From Bugula neritina (lineage: Eukaryota > Animalia > Bryozoa): a stretch of DNA of 64,000 nucleotides. Every line of letters starts with the position of its first letter. Position 1 is the stretch's first letter. The translations under genes and the position numbers were made by a program. The notes under the pieces are model-generated. The model had not been told where the DNA came from. It saw only the letters and a program-made list of their open reading frames with translations, and made no database searches. Shown piece after piece: positions 23,701 through 36,386 of this stretch. The DNA lies in the NCBI GenBank assembly GCA_964035545.1, contig OZ037768.1, positions 16,227,875 through 16,291,874 on the forward strand, given 5' to 3'.

Positions 23701-26700
23701 ACTCATCTCTACTGAGTGACTCATCTCTACTGAGTGACTCATCTCTACTGAGTGACTCATCTCTACTGAGTGACTCACCTCTACTAAGTGACTCACCTCT
23801 ACTGAGTGACTCATCTCTACTGAGTGACTCACCTCTACTGAGTGACTCACCTCTACTGAGTGACTCACCTCTACTGAGTGACTCACCTCTACTGAGTGAC
23901 CGACCTCTACTAAGTGACTCACCTCTACTAAGTGTCTCACCTCTACTGAGTGAATCACCTCTACTGAGTGACTCACCTCTACTGAGTGACTCGCCTCTGC
24001 TGAGTGACTCATCTCTACTGAGTGACTCACCTCTACTGAGTGACCGACCTCTACTAAGTGACTCATCTCTACTGAGTGACTCATCTCTACTAAGTGACTC
24101 GCCTCTACTAAGTGACTCACCTCTACTGAGTGACTCATCTCTACTGAGTGACTCACCTCTACTGAGTGACTCACCTCTACTGAGTGACTCACCTCTGCTG
24201 GTGTCTTCTGGCAATTGATATTAATTTGAGTTGAGCATTTCTTATGGCAAGAGAACTTGCAGTTCTCACACTCGAGGCCTGGTACTCGAATGTTCCAGAA
24301 CATCACCTTGCTACACACCTCACAATACGTGGGCATGGTAAACTGAGTGGAGATAAAACGGTGTCCCAAAATCTTGAGCAGCTAAAAACAGAAAACTCAT
24401 CTTTCAAGCCACTAGTTAATTACAATGTAGTGCATGTCATACTACTCAATATAAAGGGATTGAAGTACATATTATAACGTAGGGCAACTTCAAGCTATTC
24501 CATTATTTGATAAGTTGAGAGTTTAAACCTCAATTATATATCAACTAAAACAGTATCTATAATTATATTCAAATAACAGAAATAACCTGTGACAATGAAA
24601 AGTAACCAACCTCTTTATGCGGCTTTTTCTTGTGCTCTTTAGCTTTTACTTTGGCAGCTTTTCGCTTCAACGGTTTTCGTTTTTTCTGGTATTCATCTAA
24701 ATAACCTCTAAAGGCATTGATCGCTATAGTAGATGGAAAATCCTTGATATTCTCCTCAGAAACAACCTTTGCCACATTTCCTGCCACATAGTCTACAAAT
24801 TCATCCAGGTGCACATATAACAAGTTGGGGAGGATCACAAAAGCCATTTCACTAGACCACATAGCCTCAGGAACTTTAGTCAATATATTCTGATACTTCA
24901 ACTACTGGGTAAATGACAACGACTTCAAATAACGGTTATTTATTTCATTTATTTCAGATAAAATTGCTAAGAAGTAGCCGAGGAAACTGCTAGCTGATTA
25001 GCAAGGCTCACCGCTGAAGCTGGACATGAGATCTCGGAACTTTAGTGGTCGAAAGGTATACGGGTTGTTGTGTGATATTGCGCCTTGCGTATTCAGCTTT
25101 TTATTCATCTCCATCATAGCATCTCTGAACACTCTATCATAAACACTTGTGACTCCAACATCCTGATTAGACTTTCCATGGAAATCTAAATACTACAAGA
25201 TAACAAAATATAGCTTTGAAATAAAATGAACAGATATATAACATGCTCTGAGTGCAAATGCATCTAAAAGTGAAGAAAATCTTTTTTGTACAAACTCGAG
25301 GCTAGAATATGAATATCAATGAGTCCATACATAATATTATACAAAAGTAGTGAATAATGCTGATGGCTAATACAGCGAACATAACATAGAAAAACACACC
25401 CAAACTGCTGATCTCTACAAGAGAAAGGCAGACTAACCTTATCATGGATAAACCTGGCCAGTTCAGGGATTTCTTCACAGTCCATGATGGCCAAATCATC
25501 TGGATAGTTCCACTCACTAGTGCTACTCACAGTCCACTGGTTAAACTGGTGGTTAGGTTTAGCAACTTTCTTGCTGGTATTTGCTGGCCCAGTCAACTCA
25601 GCTACAAGTCAACATCAACTTGAAAACATGGAATAAATATAAGTGCAGCATATCTAATCAGGCTAACCCATGTTAATCACAGTGTGTCACTAAAGATTCC
25701 CAATATTAAAGTATCTTATAGGTAAGACATAGTTATGTCACACCTTTGTAAACCACATCAACGTGTTTTACTAAAAGATTTATTGACAGACAATCTTGGA
25801 AAGCAGTGTCTTACTGTATTGACATTATGTTCACATTTCAGTTTAAAATTGAATGCAACATCTTATAAAATTTACAACTCGACAATTAATATACATGCAT
25901 ATTTTGAACCCATTAAGATGCTATACAGCTAACATGTCAAAGAAATTTCTAATACTAGGTTAATAATATTATGTAGATATTCACTAAAATAATTATGCTT
26001 ATAAATGTAATGCTTCAACCATAAACATGAATAGACCAATGAGATAATACAGCCTTATCATATCATACAGCCAAGCAAATAGCTTGTAGACTAATCATCA
26101 CTTGAGAGAACATGTAATGGTATAACCACAAGTGTGGCTAGAGATGGTCAGGTTTGTACAAGTATGATCTGCATCCAAAGAAAGTCGTCAGTTTTAATGT
26201 TGACTGTCCAATAATTTCCTAGTTTAATCTGCCTTGTGTAGGTGAAACAATCTAGAAACATCATTTTGCCACAATTTTGGTATATCTGGTTGAAACTATC
26301 ACCTCGTTTCTTTTCAACAGAAGTGTCATGTGGCGCAGGTGCTGGAACTTTATAGAAACTTCCACTCAGTAGATCAGAATCGTCACTGTCTACCATCTCC
26401 TTGCTCCGTACTTTATTCATGGGGAGGTTTGATACGCCTAGCACTTTTCCATCTACCAATTTCAGTTACGGACATACCATCACACATTAAACTGGTTTAT
26501 ATCTAATGAATTGAACCAATGTATAAATACTGAACAATCAAGACGAAGAAATGAGGGAGTAGCAGTGATGGTGTATATATAATTACAGAGCCATCCATAC
26601 CTTCAAAGTGCTCCTTCTTTGATAAGTGATCGAAGGATTGGGACTTGACGGTAGACATATGTCGCCCATTTATAACTGATGGTTGTTTCTAGAAAAATGG

Positions 26701-29700
26701 TAAAATAGTATGTTTACGTCCAAAATGTTTCTTTTTATTATTAAGTTATATCATTTATCTAATATATTATTATAACTTATATTAATTATAATTATATTAA
26801 TATATAATGATTTTTATAAAACAACCAAGTGACATGTTCAGTTTAGAAGTCGGAGGGCATCAAATTCAGAAGGTTTGGTTAAATCTGGAGAGTTTGCAAT
26901 GAGTTCAAATTGGGAAATAATTATAAAACTCATTCATAAAGCATGTCAACAATTACATTATAATTGAATAAAAAGAAAATTGAAGAAACCATACCGACTA
27001 TTTAAATTTTTACTGGAAGGCGAGGAAAATAAAATAGACTAGAAATATATTACTCATGCAACAGCTAGTCATGCTATCAAAACACTGCATGCAACCCATT
27101 CATGGTGTGGTTTAAGAAAGTATAGTGGAAATAATTGATTAAATGATGAATGCAAATAAGTTTTCAATTGTAGCATTTGCAGTGAAATAACACTCATTGG
27201 CAGCATGCAGGCAAAGATTGAAAGATTTAAAGCTGTACAATAGTTGTTCTCTTATAATTCCGGATTCTATTCTGGCAACAAAGCAGGTTTATAAAGTTGA
27301 AAAACTGGACAGCATCCTGCTAAATAGCTGGATGTCTAGAACTGCTGGGTGCACAGTTTGCAAGAAAAGCTGATGCAAAGTGCAACGTTCTACAACATCA
27401 CGGCTGCTGATGCTTTTGTTACCAAACCAAAGCGCTGAAGGAAAATGCCACCAGAAAGTTCACTTGCACAGCAGTTATTTGATTGAAAGGCCACACTTTA
27501 AATCATTACAATACAATCATGCATCACAGATTACAGCATAACTTTATTGTGCATTTCCCAGTGTGAACTTCACTAAATACTAGATGAAACCGAGTTACTG
27601 CAATAAGTCTGTGAGCATGTTAAACTGTGTGGGTTACAGAGCAGCAACTATCAAACATAACTGGTACCATTTTCCTTCAAGCTTCCATTACAATCTACAG
27701 CAAGTGTTTCTGCCCTTTCTATGGGTTTCATCGGCTAACCTACCAGGTCAATATCATGTTCCTTGCTTGGCCCAAGAACAGAAAACGGTGCTAAATTATC
27801 AGCTGATTGTGATTTCCTTACTTGAACATTCTTACGTAAAATATGTGTCTGGAAAACATAACATGTAGCATAACAAATAACAAAAGCAGTGGAGGAGATG
27901 GAAATTTTTATTTTTGTTACAGCCAATGGCACCAAGACAACTTATGCTGAAGTGTTTTCATGAAAAATATATGATTTTGCTTCTGTAGAACAGATATTAG
28001 CTGAATTTTTCAAACACCAAAACAAACACGACTTTCCAACCCAAAGTTGGGTCATTTTACTTAATTCGGTGCACACTGGAAATCTCCAGTTTTTAGTTAT
28101 TTTTTACAAATTAGCTGCGAATGAACATGGGTTTTTGTCCCAAAACTAGTAAAATATCAATAAATACACCTAAAAAATCAAGGTTCTTTTTAATTTTGCT
28201 TGATTTCCCATGTTTTTTTCTTAATTATTCAGCCACTTTTGATTGCGAACTATTATGGTTTTTTCGTAACAGTCCGCAATACTAATTAGCTAAATAAATA
28301 GGAACAAACATGGGAAATCAAGCAAAATTAAAAAAAACCTTGATTAGTTACGTGTATTTATTGATATTTTACTAGTTTTGGGCAAAAAACTTGTTCATTA
28401 GCAGCTAAATTGTGAAAAATAGCTAAAAACTAGAGATTTCCAGTGCGTACTAAATAAAGTAAAATGACCCAGTTAAAAGCCTATCAAAAGTGGTCTATAA
28501 ATGCTTTATTCAGAAATTGCTGCTGTTTGATAGATAACAAGTGATTAGAAGGAGAACAAGGAGCAGCCTGGTGAATAATTCAATAAATTTATACCTAATG
28601 TCTACCATCACATTTAAAATGACTACACCAATTATATGAATGTTGCATTCACAAAGGACTTCATGAGAAGCATTTCTCTCAATATTTTCACAACCAGAGT
28701 CCATGGGATAACTCCCAAATACTTTAAATTTGTCATCAATACTGCCGCCATGCTTTACAATTTAGTGGCCATAACATTTCATATACCAAAGGTATAAATT
28801 TAGTGAAGACAGTTAGTAGCTGTAGCACACTGCTAGGGCAAACGCTACGCAGTTATGGTGTACACAATCACACTAACACATTACAAGGGTGATGGTTTGT
28901 AGGTGACAGGAATGAAGGTGTAAAATAAATGACTGAGAGTTAGCTTGCATTCACACAGTCAGATTTTACAAATTGTTCTTCAGCTGAGCAGCTCCTTTAC
29001 CCTGTTTACTTGAAATATAATTGTTACTTATTATATAATTATGACTGAGGTGATTTAGTTGGTACTGAGTATTGACCAATAAATAGTTATCATGTTTTAG
29101 TTTAATCGACTGTAAATACTTTGAATATGATATTTCTTTACGGATCAAAGTTATCGCCCACTGCCATTGCTTATGGTTAACATATCTTAGTGCCGAGCCA
29201 TTACCTTTTAATATTTTGGCTTTTATTTTCCGTAATATTTAAACATCTACATATTCAACAATAGTTATTATCAGTAGTATTAATTGATCTTTAGTGCCAA
29301 AAACTCCAATACCTACTATCCAAATGTAAGTACAAAATAGCAATGTGGTCCTCTTACTGTGTGCTGAAGATATGAAATTACTGGAGTAAATAAGGCTGAG
29401 TGTAAGTTGCAATCTGCTGTGTGAATACAAAGTTGTCAAAGAGTTGAGCAAGAGGCAATGGGTTTGTTTAACAACCAACTAATAGCAACTCAACAGCAAA
29501 CCAAACACTGGCTTCCTTACAAGAGATTTAAATAGTGACTTAGATAGACTCCTCTGTCTTCTCAAACAGGCAGCAGGTAAGCTTGTTGAGCAATTATATT
29601 GGTCGTCATCATTGACTAAATGAGCCTAGTATGAGTGGGAGGTTAAAACAAATAACAGTTAAAAGAAAGAGGACATGAAAGGCAGTAAAACAATTCAGCA

Positions 29701-32700
29701 GCCCAAATTGTTTTCCCTTTTACCACATTCATAGAAAGTGTGATAGCCACCAGAACATATGCATGCACATCATTATGACCTTTTGTCTATTAGCATTGAT
29801 AAAATATAATTTATGCCATGTATAAAAATGAGAAGGACAAAAATGAGTCAGCACAAGAATAACATAATACATTATCTGTATATTCCCCAACAATCACTAG
29901 TCATTTAAAAAATGAATTTTGTGAACTAAAAATTTCAGCTTAGGATTAAAATATTATTAACAGAGTATCAAACTTAATATTTTGATGTTAAATTAAATGA
30001 AGATGCATAAAGTGAGTTTGGAGATGCCATAAAATAATATTGCTGGGGTTTGACATGATCAGCAAAATGAAAGTAAGCTAATGGTAAACTTAACAAGCCC
30101 ATGTCTAACTATACAGTGTGTTATGACAAGAGTAGGCACTGCCTTACCCTAGTGAACTTGATAGCAGTATCGTCAAACTCTACAGATGAAGCATGAGATC
30201 CTTGTCTTGATATGGTTCTATCTGTTGGACTAAAAGCATCCTCCCTGTAAACATAATCATTTCCCAACTGTGGAATTGAGACCAAAACAATTCTCAAACT
30301 GAATAAAGAACTTGAAGCACAGCTGAAACAGTCTCACTCTTATACATAACAGTCTTTAAGAGAACCAACATATTTTTATAAATTCAGATGATTAGTTTCC
30401 TATTTCATATTAAAACAAAAAGAACATCACTTCTGCAAGCCTTACGGAGAGAGCAGACCAGATGCTCCTGGAGATGATTTGTCAGTCCTGGAACTTGCTC
30501 GCCGTAGAATCTCTGGATCATTACTGGACGTTCTTCTCACCGGTAACTTAGCAATCACAGGAGATTTAGCAAACACCTCCTTATTCTTAATCTCAGGCGC
30601 AGTGGTATTAACTAACGGTAGACTCATGGGGGGTTTGTGTGGTCTGTCAATAACAATCTCTGGCAGAGAGCTTGCAGGACTGCTTAGCTCTGTGGACCCT
30701 TTAGAATGTAAACGTGGGAATGGAGGTTGACTGTCAGGTGTGTAAAAGAAGCTCTCCGCATTATGTTCAAGAGGTTTATGTTTGAAAGTCAAAGATTCAA
30801 TAGAAGCGTTAGGCATGTTTCTTTTGACTGTCTCTGTTTTGTCACTAAATGACCTGGAATGCCTCAATATACTCTTAGTCTCTTTACTAGTTTCATCAAC
30901 TCCCACGGATTTTACTAAATCATTGTTGACTTTCTGGGGGAAAGGCTTGATAGGTGACTGAGGTGTGTATACCAAATCACTATCCTGAACGGAAGAGTTG
31001 GGTGAACTGTAGCTCTCCGTGCTGGTGATTGAAGGGCTGGGCGGGGACTTCTTCTGCACCACAGGAATGAGCTTATCGTCGTCTAAAATACCGCAGAATA
31101 AAATGTTGTAGTGTTGTCTGGAAGAATTGAAATGGCACATTGTATCAGGAAGGTGGCTGGTGCCCATGGAAAGAGACAAACAGCCAACTAATTAGTAAGT
31201 TTTCATATTAGTGCGGAAGATAACAGCAAAATGTGCAACTCCTTAACTTTTCTCATTCAAAGTAATAATCCACCAACAACAGGCACTCAAATCAACAAGC
31301 TGTGATAAGTTTGAAGTTGCTGTAAAAATGTAACGCCATAATGTTATATGGAGGGCAAAACTTATGGCCTTCGCAAGGTTTGAATGGCGCCAGGAAAAGC
31401 AGGTGAATTAGAAAGTGAAGTATTTACCATGCAAATGGAAAAGAAAACATATCTTACCTTTACAGCGAAACCATTTATAATCATTCAAATCTACCCATTC
31501 ATAACAAATATACAAATTTATGTAAGAAAGTTTAAAAGAGTAAAATTAATAGTGTACAACATAATATTACGATATTGTAGGTGTTGTGTACAACATAAAA
31601 TGTATTAGGACAATTCAAGGTTGTTGAAATCAAATCTATAACTTCAGTATTTTAGGAAAACGCTATTAATTTACATAAAGTTGAGCACTTTCAACAGTGT
31701 AGAAAAAGAGATAAAATAACAATAGACCCTTTTCAGAAGTCCTCAATGTCCCCCTTACAATTAAAAGTTGTATCTTCCCAAAATGAAAGTTGTTGAACAA
31801 AATAAACCTGAACTCATTTTAGTAGTTTTGGTTACTGAGCAATGCTGAAATGCCACTTCAGCATTACTCAGTAACCAACATCACAAAAATGCTTTCAAGT
31901 TTATTTTCTTCAAAATTATCCATGAAGAAATATTTTAAAAACTTTTTTGAACTGCTAATATGTGTGCTTATACCAGAATATCTATCTCCTAAAATAACAA
32001 TTCTATAGCATAATTAGAATTTTAAGTAGCAGCCAAACTTTAAATTTTTAATGAGTTTGCTCCTTATACAAAGGTTTAACCTATTCACTTTGGGAGGACA
32101 CAACTCTTAATTGTAAAGGGAATATCTGGGACCTCTGAAAAGGGTCCATTGTTATAAGAATAAGTTACCCAACATGTAACTCACATCATATGCTCAACTA
32201 CTATAGACATGGCTAGCTTGAATTACTGGTTCTACCAGAAATGGTGGTCAGTGTTAGACTCAGGAACAGCTGCAAGTGTAATGGCTGCTTACCTTTAGTA
32301 CTTCGTCTGCGGAAGGCACTCTTCCTTGTTATGCTAGTGCGGCGTTTCACAGCTTCTCCCTTATTTGTGGCAGCACCAGAAACATCTATAGACGAAACTT
32401 CATCTTTTGCTTCTTGCTGCGACGAGTAGAACAGCAAGTTAAATACAAAGCTAAAGTCTACACACCACCACCAAGCCATCACTTCTAGAGTCTATTATTC
32501 ACTCAAAATAATTTTGAAAATGAATGAAAATGGTTACCTTGTACTTTTCACTAGTGCTTTCTGACAATTGGCTGTCTTTGTCAACAGCAGGTGATTTAGT
32601 CGCCGGACTATGACCATTAATACTGGGTGATTTGGTGTCTATCCAAGACTCTATCATTACCTTAGTAGGAGAGGTTGGCGACTGAACAGCCCCATCCTCT

Positions 32701-35700
32701 ATGGACTGGGCAAGCTGGTCAATATCGGTGGTTGGCATAAGTTCAGTTGGCCGATTAGATAGCGTGGCAGCTCTATTCAAATCATACCAATATATCAATA
32801 CACCAATATGTCAATACACCAATATATCAATACACCAATATATCAATACACCAATATATCAATACACCAATATGTCAATACATCAATATATCAATACACC
32901 AATATATCAATACACCAATATGTCAATACACCAATATATCAATATACCAATATATCAATATACCAATATACCAACATCTTAATGAAGTGATATTGATATA
33001 TCAATACACCATTCATGGTATCAAAAAGATTAGAAAACTAGTTATTAAAATATAAATTCAGAATCTCAATCAAAATCTCAGAATCAAAATCGCATGTCAA
33101 AATAAAATATTCTAAGCTGCTTTACCAAGATATAAACTAAATGTGTTTCAAGTGAAAATTGTTTGATACAAATGAAGGTAAGTAAATCTCTTATTTCCCC
33201 CAATATAATGTATAAATTATATTACATCTAACCTTTGTTGAACTTTAGCATCCATAATACGCTTGTGCTTTTTATACCAGCGTTGAATGAGCGTAGCTGA
33301 CTTGTTCTGCAGATCTTCTCTTGCCTTCTGTATCTTCACAACTTTCTCCCTCGCAGCTAGCTCTTCCATTTTCTTGTCTTCTTCTACTCTGCGTTTCCTC
33401 TCCTGTTCCTCCAATTTCAGTCTCTGTTCCAGTTGTTCAGCTTCAATAACTCGCTGCCTTTCCTCCTCAAGTTTTTCCTCCTCTAACCGCTGCCTTTCCT
33501 CCTCAAGTTTTTCCTCCTCTAACCGCTGCCGCAACTTTTGACGGTGAAGCTCTAGTTGAGAGCTGACCACTTGTCTAGTAAGAAAGCCTCTAAAAAATTT
33601 CTAAAAAACACATCAAAGTTTTGCTAAAACATGCATCACAAAACAGTAATTCAGGCTTACAGGTCAGATGCGTCATCATGTGATGAGTCTAGCAGGAGTT
33701 GAGAGAAAGGGGCTGCTAGGTACAGCTGAAGGTACCTGTATTACAACAGCTGAATGCTTCATGTTGGTGTAGCGAGTTCGAGCCAACACTCTTCTAACCC
33801 AGCTCTGTATTCTCAGAATATGCCGGAGTAGAGTATGGTGCAGCGCGTCGTCAAGCAGCATTTTCAACGTCTCTCGTAAAAACACCTGCCAATATGCATG
33901 ATGTAATATATTTTCTAACTGCTGAACTTCAAAATAAACCTTTAGCCAAAAATGTACACATCTTTATACTTGAAACTCTGGAAGGACCCTGCATTGAGGT
34001 GCTGACAAAATGGTAAAAACGTGTCGGCATAAAACCGCCCTAATAGGGTTTAGCCCACCGGCTAAGCACATTATGTATAGTGTCAAGCAAGTGCCCCTTT
34101 TCCATGGGTCAGGGCTGCACAGAAAATACTAACATACATTAGTTTAATTATTAAAAGCTATATCATGCAATTTCATGTGACACCTGAAAGCAGGAAAGTT
34201 TATTAATCAAATACATTTCTTTGTATTGACCAATGGGAATGAGTGGCTGAGAATAACCTAAAGAAACCCAATGTTTTGAGAGTTGCTATAAGCAGCCCCG
34301 AGTTGGGGGTGACTGAGCGCAGTAGTCTGGGTTCTCAAGTTTGGAGTTAGGGTTTAGGTTGGAACTCGCACTCAGTCTCCCCTCCCCCAACATAGGGCTG
34401 CTTATAGCAACTTTCTAATGCCTTAGCCTCTTAGCCTAAGTGCCAGGAATCAACATGCAAAAGTCACCTTTTATGAAAATTAGTCAGCAGGCTAAGTTGA
34501 TTTTTCAGACAGTGATGGTGGTACGGCTTTCCAACAGCACAAGCTTGACATTAAAAACTTGAGGAAAATCATTAAGTTTTAGTTATAGTATTATATCATA
34601 ATCAACCCACAACAATTAGTGCTGCATTTAAACTTTATTTTAAGATTAAATAGCCCCAAAACTGACATATTATTATATTAACATCAAAACTGAAAAAATA
34701 TTACTCTCAATTATTCTTGCTATAGCCCTATTTAAAATTTGCTAAAATATCTGACACAGGCCTCGGTGTTTACCAACATAATAACAATGGATTGAATATA
34801 AAGTATATCTCATCACTTTTCACTCAATAGAATTAGAAAGTTATGGCAAGAACAAGATTTTGACTAAACTTATCGTACAGGCATGTTGGAGCTTTTGCTA
34901 TGACAGCGACCCTGACTAGTTAGTAACCGATAATTATAACTCTACAGTAGAAGATACACCACCATATCATAACATACTGTTACCAAGTATATGCTGTTCT
35001 CTCAACCTGCTGCTCTGCATTGCTGAGAATTCCTTTATATTGACTACATAGTTGATGCGAGGGAGCACTTTTGGTTTCAATTTACGATCTGCTTATGTGA
35101 TGACAATTTTGTACTGCCCATTTTATTGTAAGAAGTAAGGGTTTTTTTGCAGCCCTAATAATGATATAATACAGAAAAGCAACTGTGAATGAATCAACAG
35201 CTCCTTATTATCAACAGCAAAGCAAGGATACTGCATGTATGTGCATGAATAGGATTGCACTAGCATTATATACACATATTGTATAGCATTCTAAACATAC
35301 ACCAATATACTAGTTATTCACATTATAATATGTAATACGCAGTCCAATTCTCAATATACTTACTTGACTGAGGCCGAACTGAAAATTCTGCACAAAGTAA
35401 GAGAATAAGTATGTGTATAAGTATGACGATATTTATACATATGACAAAATAGATACAACTAGATCACATTTGAGCAATAGACGATGATGCACGGAAGGCT
35501 ACTTTCACATCACACCATGCTAACCTTAGTTCTTCCCACTTGGAAACTTGTTTGGATGTGATTATTGTCCATGGAAGTGAGGAAAGTGCTGACGTCTTCC
35601 TTTGTGCTTTTGGTGCCAGTTGGGAGAAGTGCCGCATAAGTTTGTACAAAATCCTGAAGAAAATATTGACATTTGACAGTTTACTATTATGCACGGTGGC

Positions 35701-36341
35701 TCATCGCATTCACAACAATTATCTAATTTTTTATAGTCTACACAACTACTTATTAATCTGAAGAAGCATAAAAGTTGACAACAGTGTTACAAGATTTCGA
35801 AATAACTACAAATGCACAAGGAATTATCTATGCTATCGTTCCATCAAAAAAAAATTACTAATAGCAATTTTCCCAACTGTACAGACATTGCAGTATAAGT
35901 AAATGTAAGGTAATAGCAAACCAGGCACACACTATCTGCCACTGAAAATATTAATACAAATAATTTCTGTTCCAATCAGTACAACTACTGATACAAACCT
36001 CTATTAAAACTCTGTAATTGTATCCTGATTGGCGTAACTTAACAGTAGCCAACATTCCAGTATACTGGAGTTGTCTATGCACCAACTTCTCATCAAACTT
36101 GCAGGCTGTTTTCTCCATGTTAGACTTGATACACCTGACAAAGTAAGGGTGAGATCTGTCCAGGGTCTCCAGCAACGACTGAAGTGATTTCTACAATAGA
36201 ATTATATCTATGTGGAACAGGCAGTGCGCACACAGCCACCAAACTACAGTTCTTCCATTCTTCCAGTCGGTCAGTGAGTCAGTCAGTAAGTACGTAAGTA
36301 AGTCAGTAAGTAAGTAAGTATGTAAGTAAGTACGTAAGTAC

Positions 36342-36386
<45 letters not shown>

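Noticed and set aside
23440-24190. Recursive splice sites (CAGTAGAG|GT in each unit)
   Set aside because: No polypyrimidine tract precedes the AGs and the intron is only ~1.1 kb.
23421-24192. CRISPR-like array or independent repeat-protein gene (261-aa SRGESL ORF)
   Set aside because: Units are contiguous 18-mers with no unique spacers, there are no cas genes, and the context is a eukaryotic intron. The second-frame ORF has no ATG start and is a by-product of the repeat.
33985-34060. Possible hammerhead-like motif
   Set aside because: Lacks an intact CUGANGA...GAAA core and the supporting stems.
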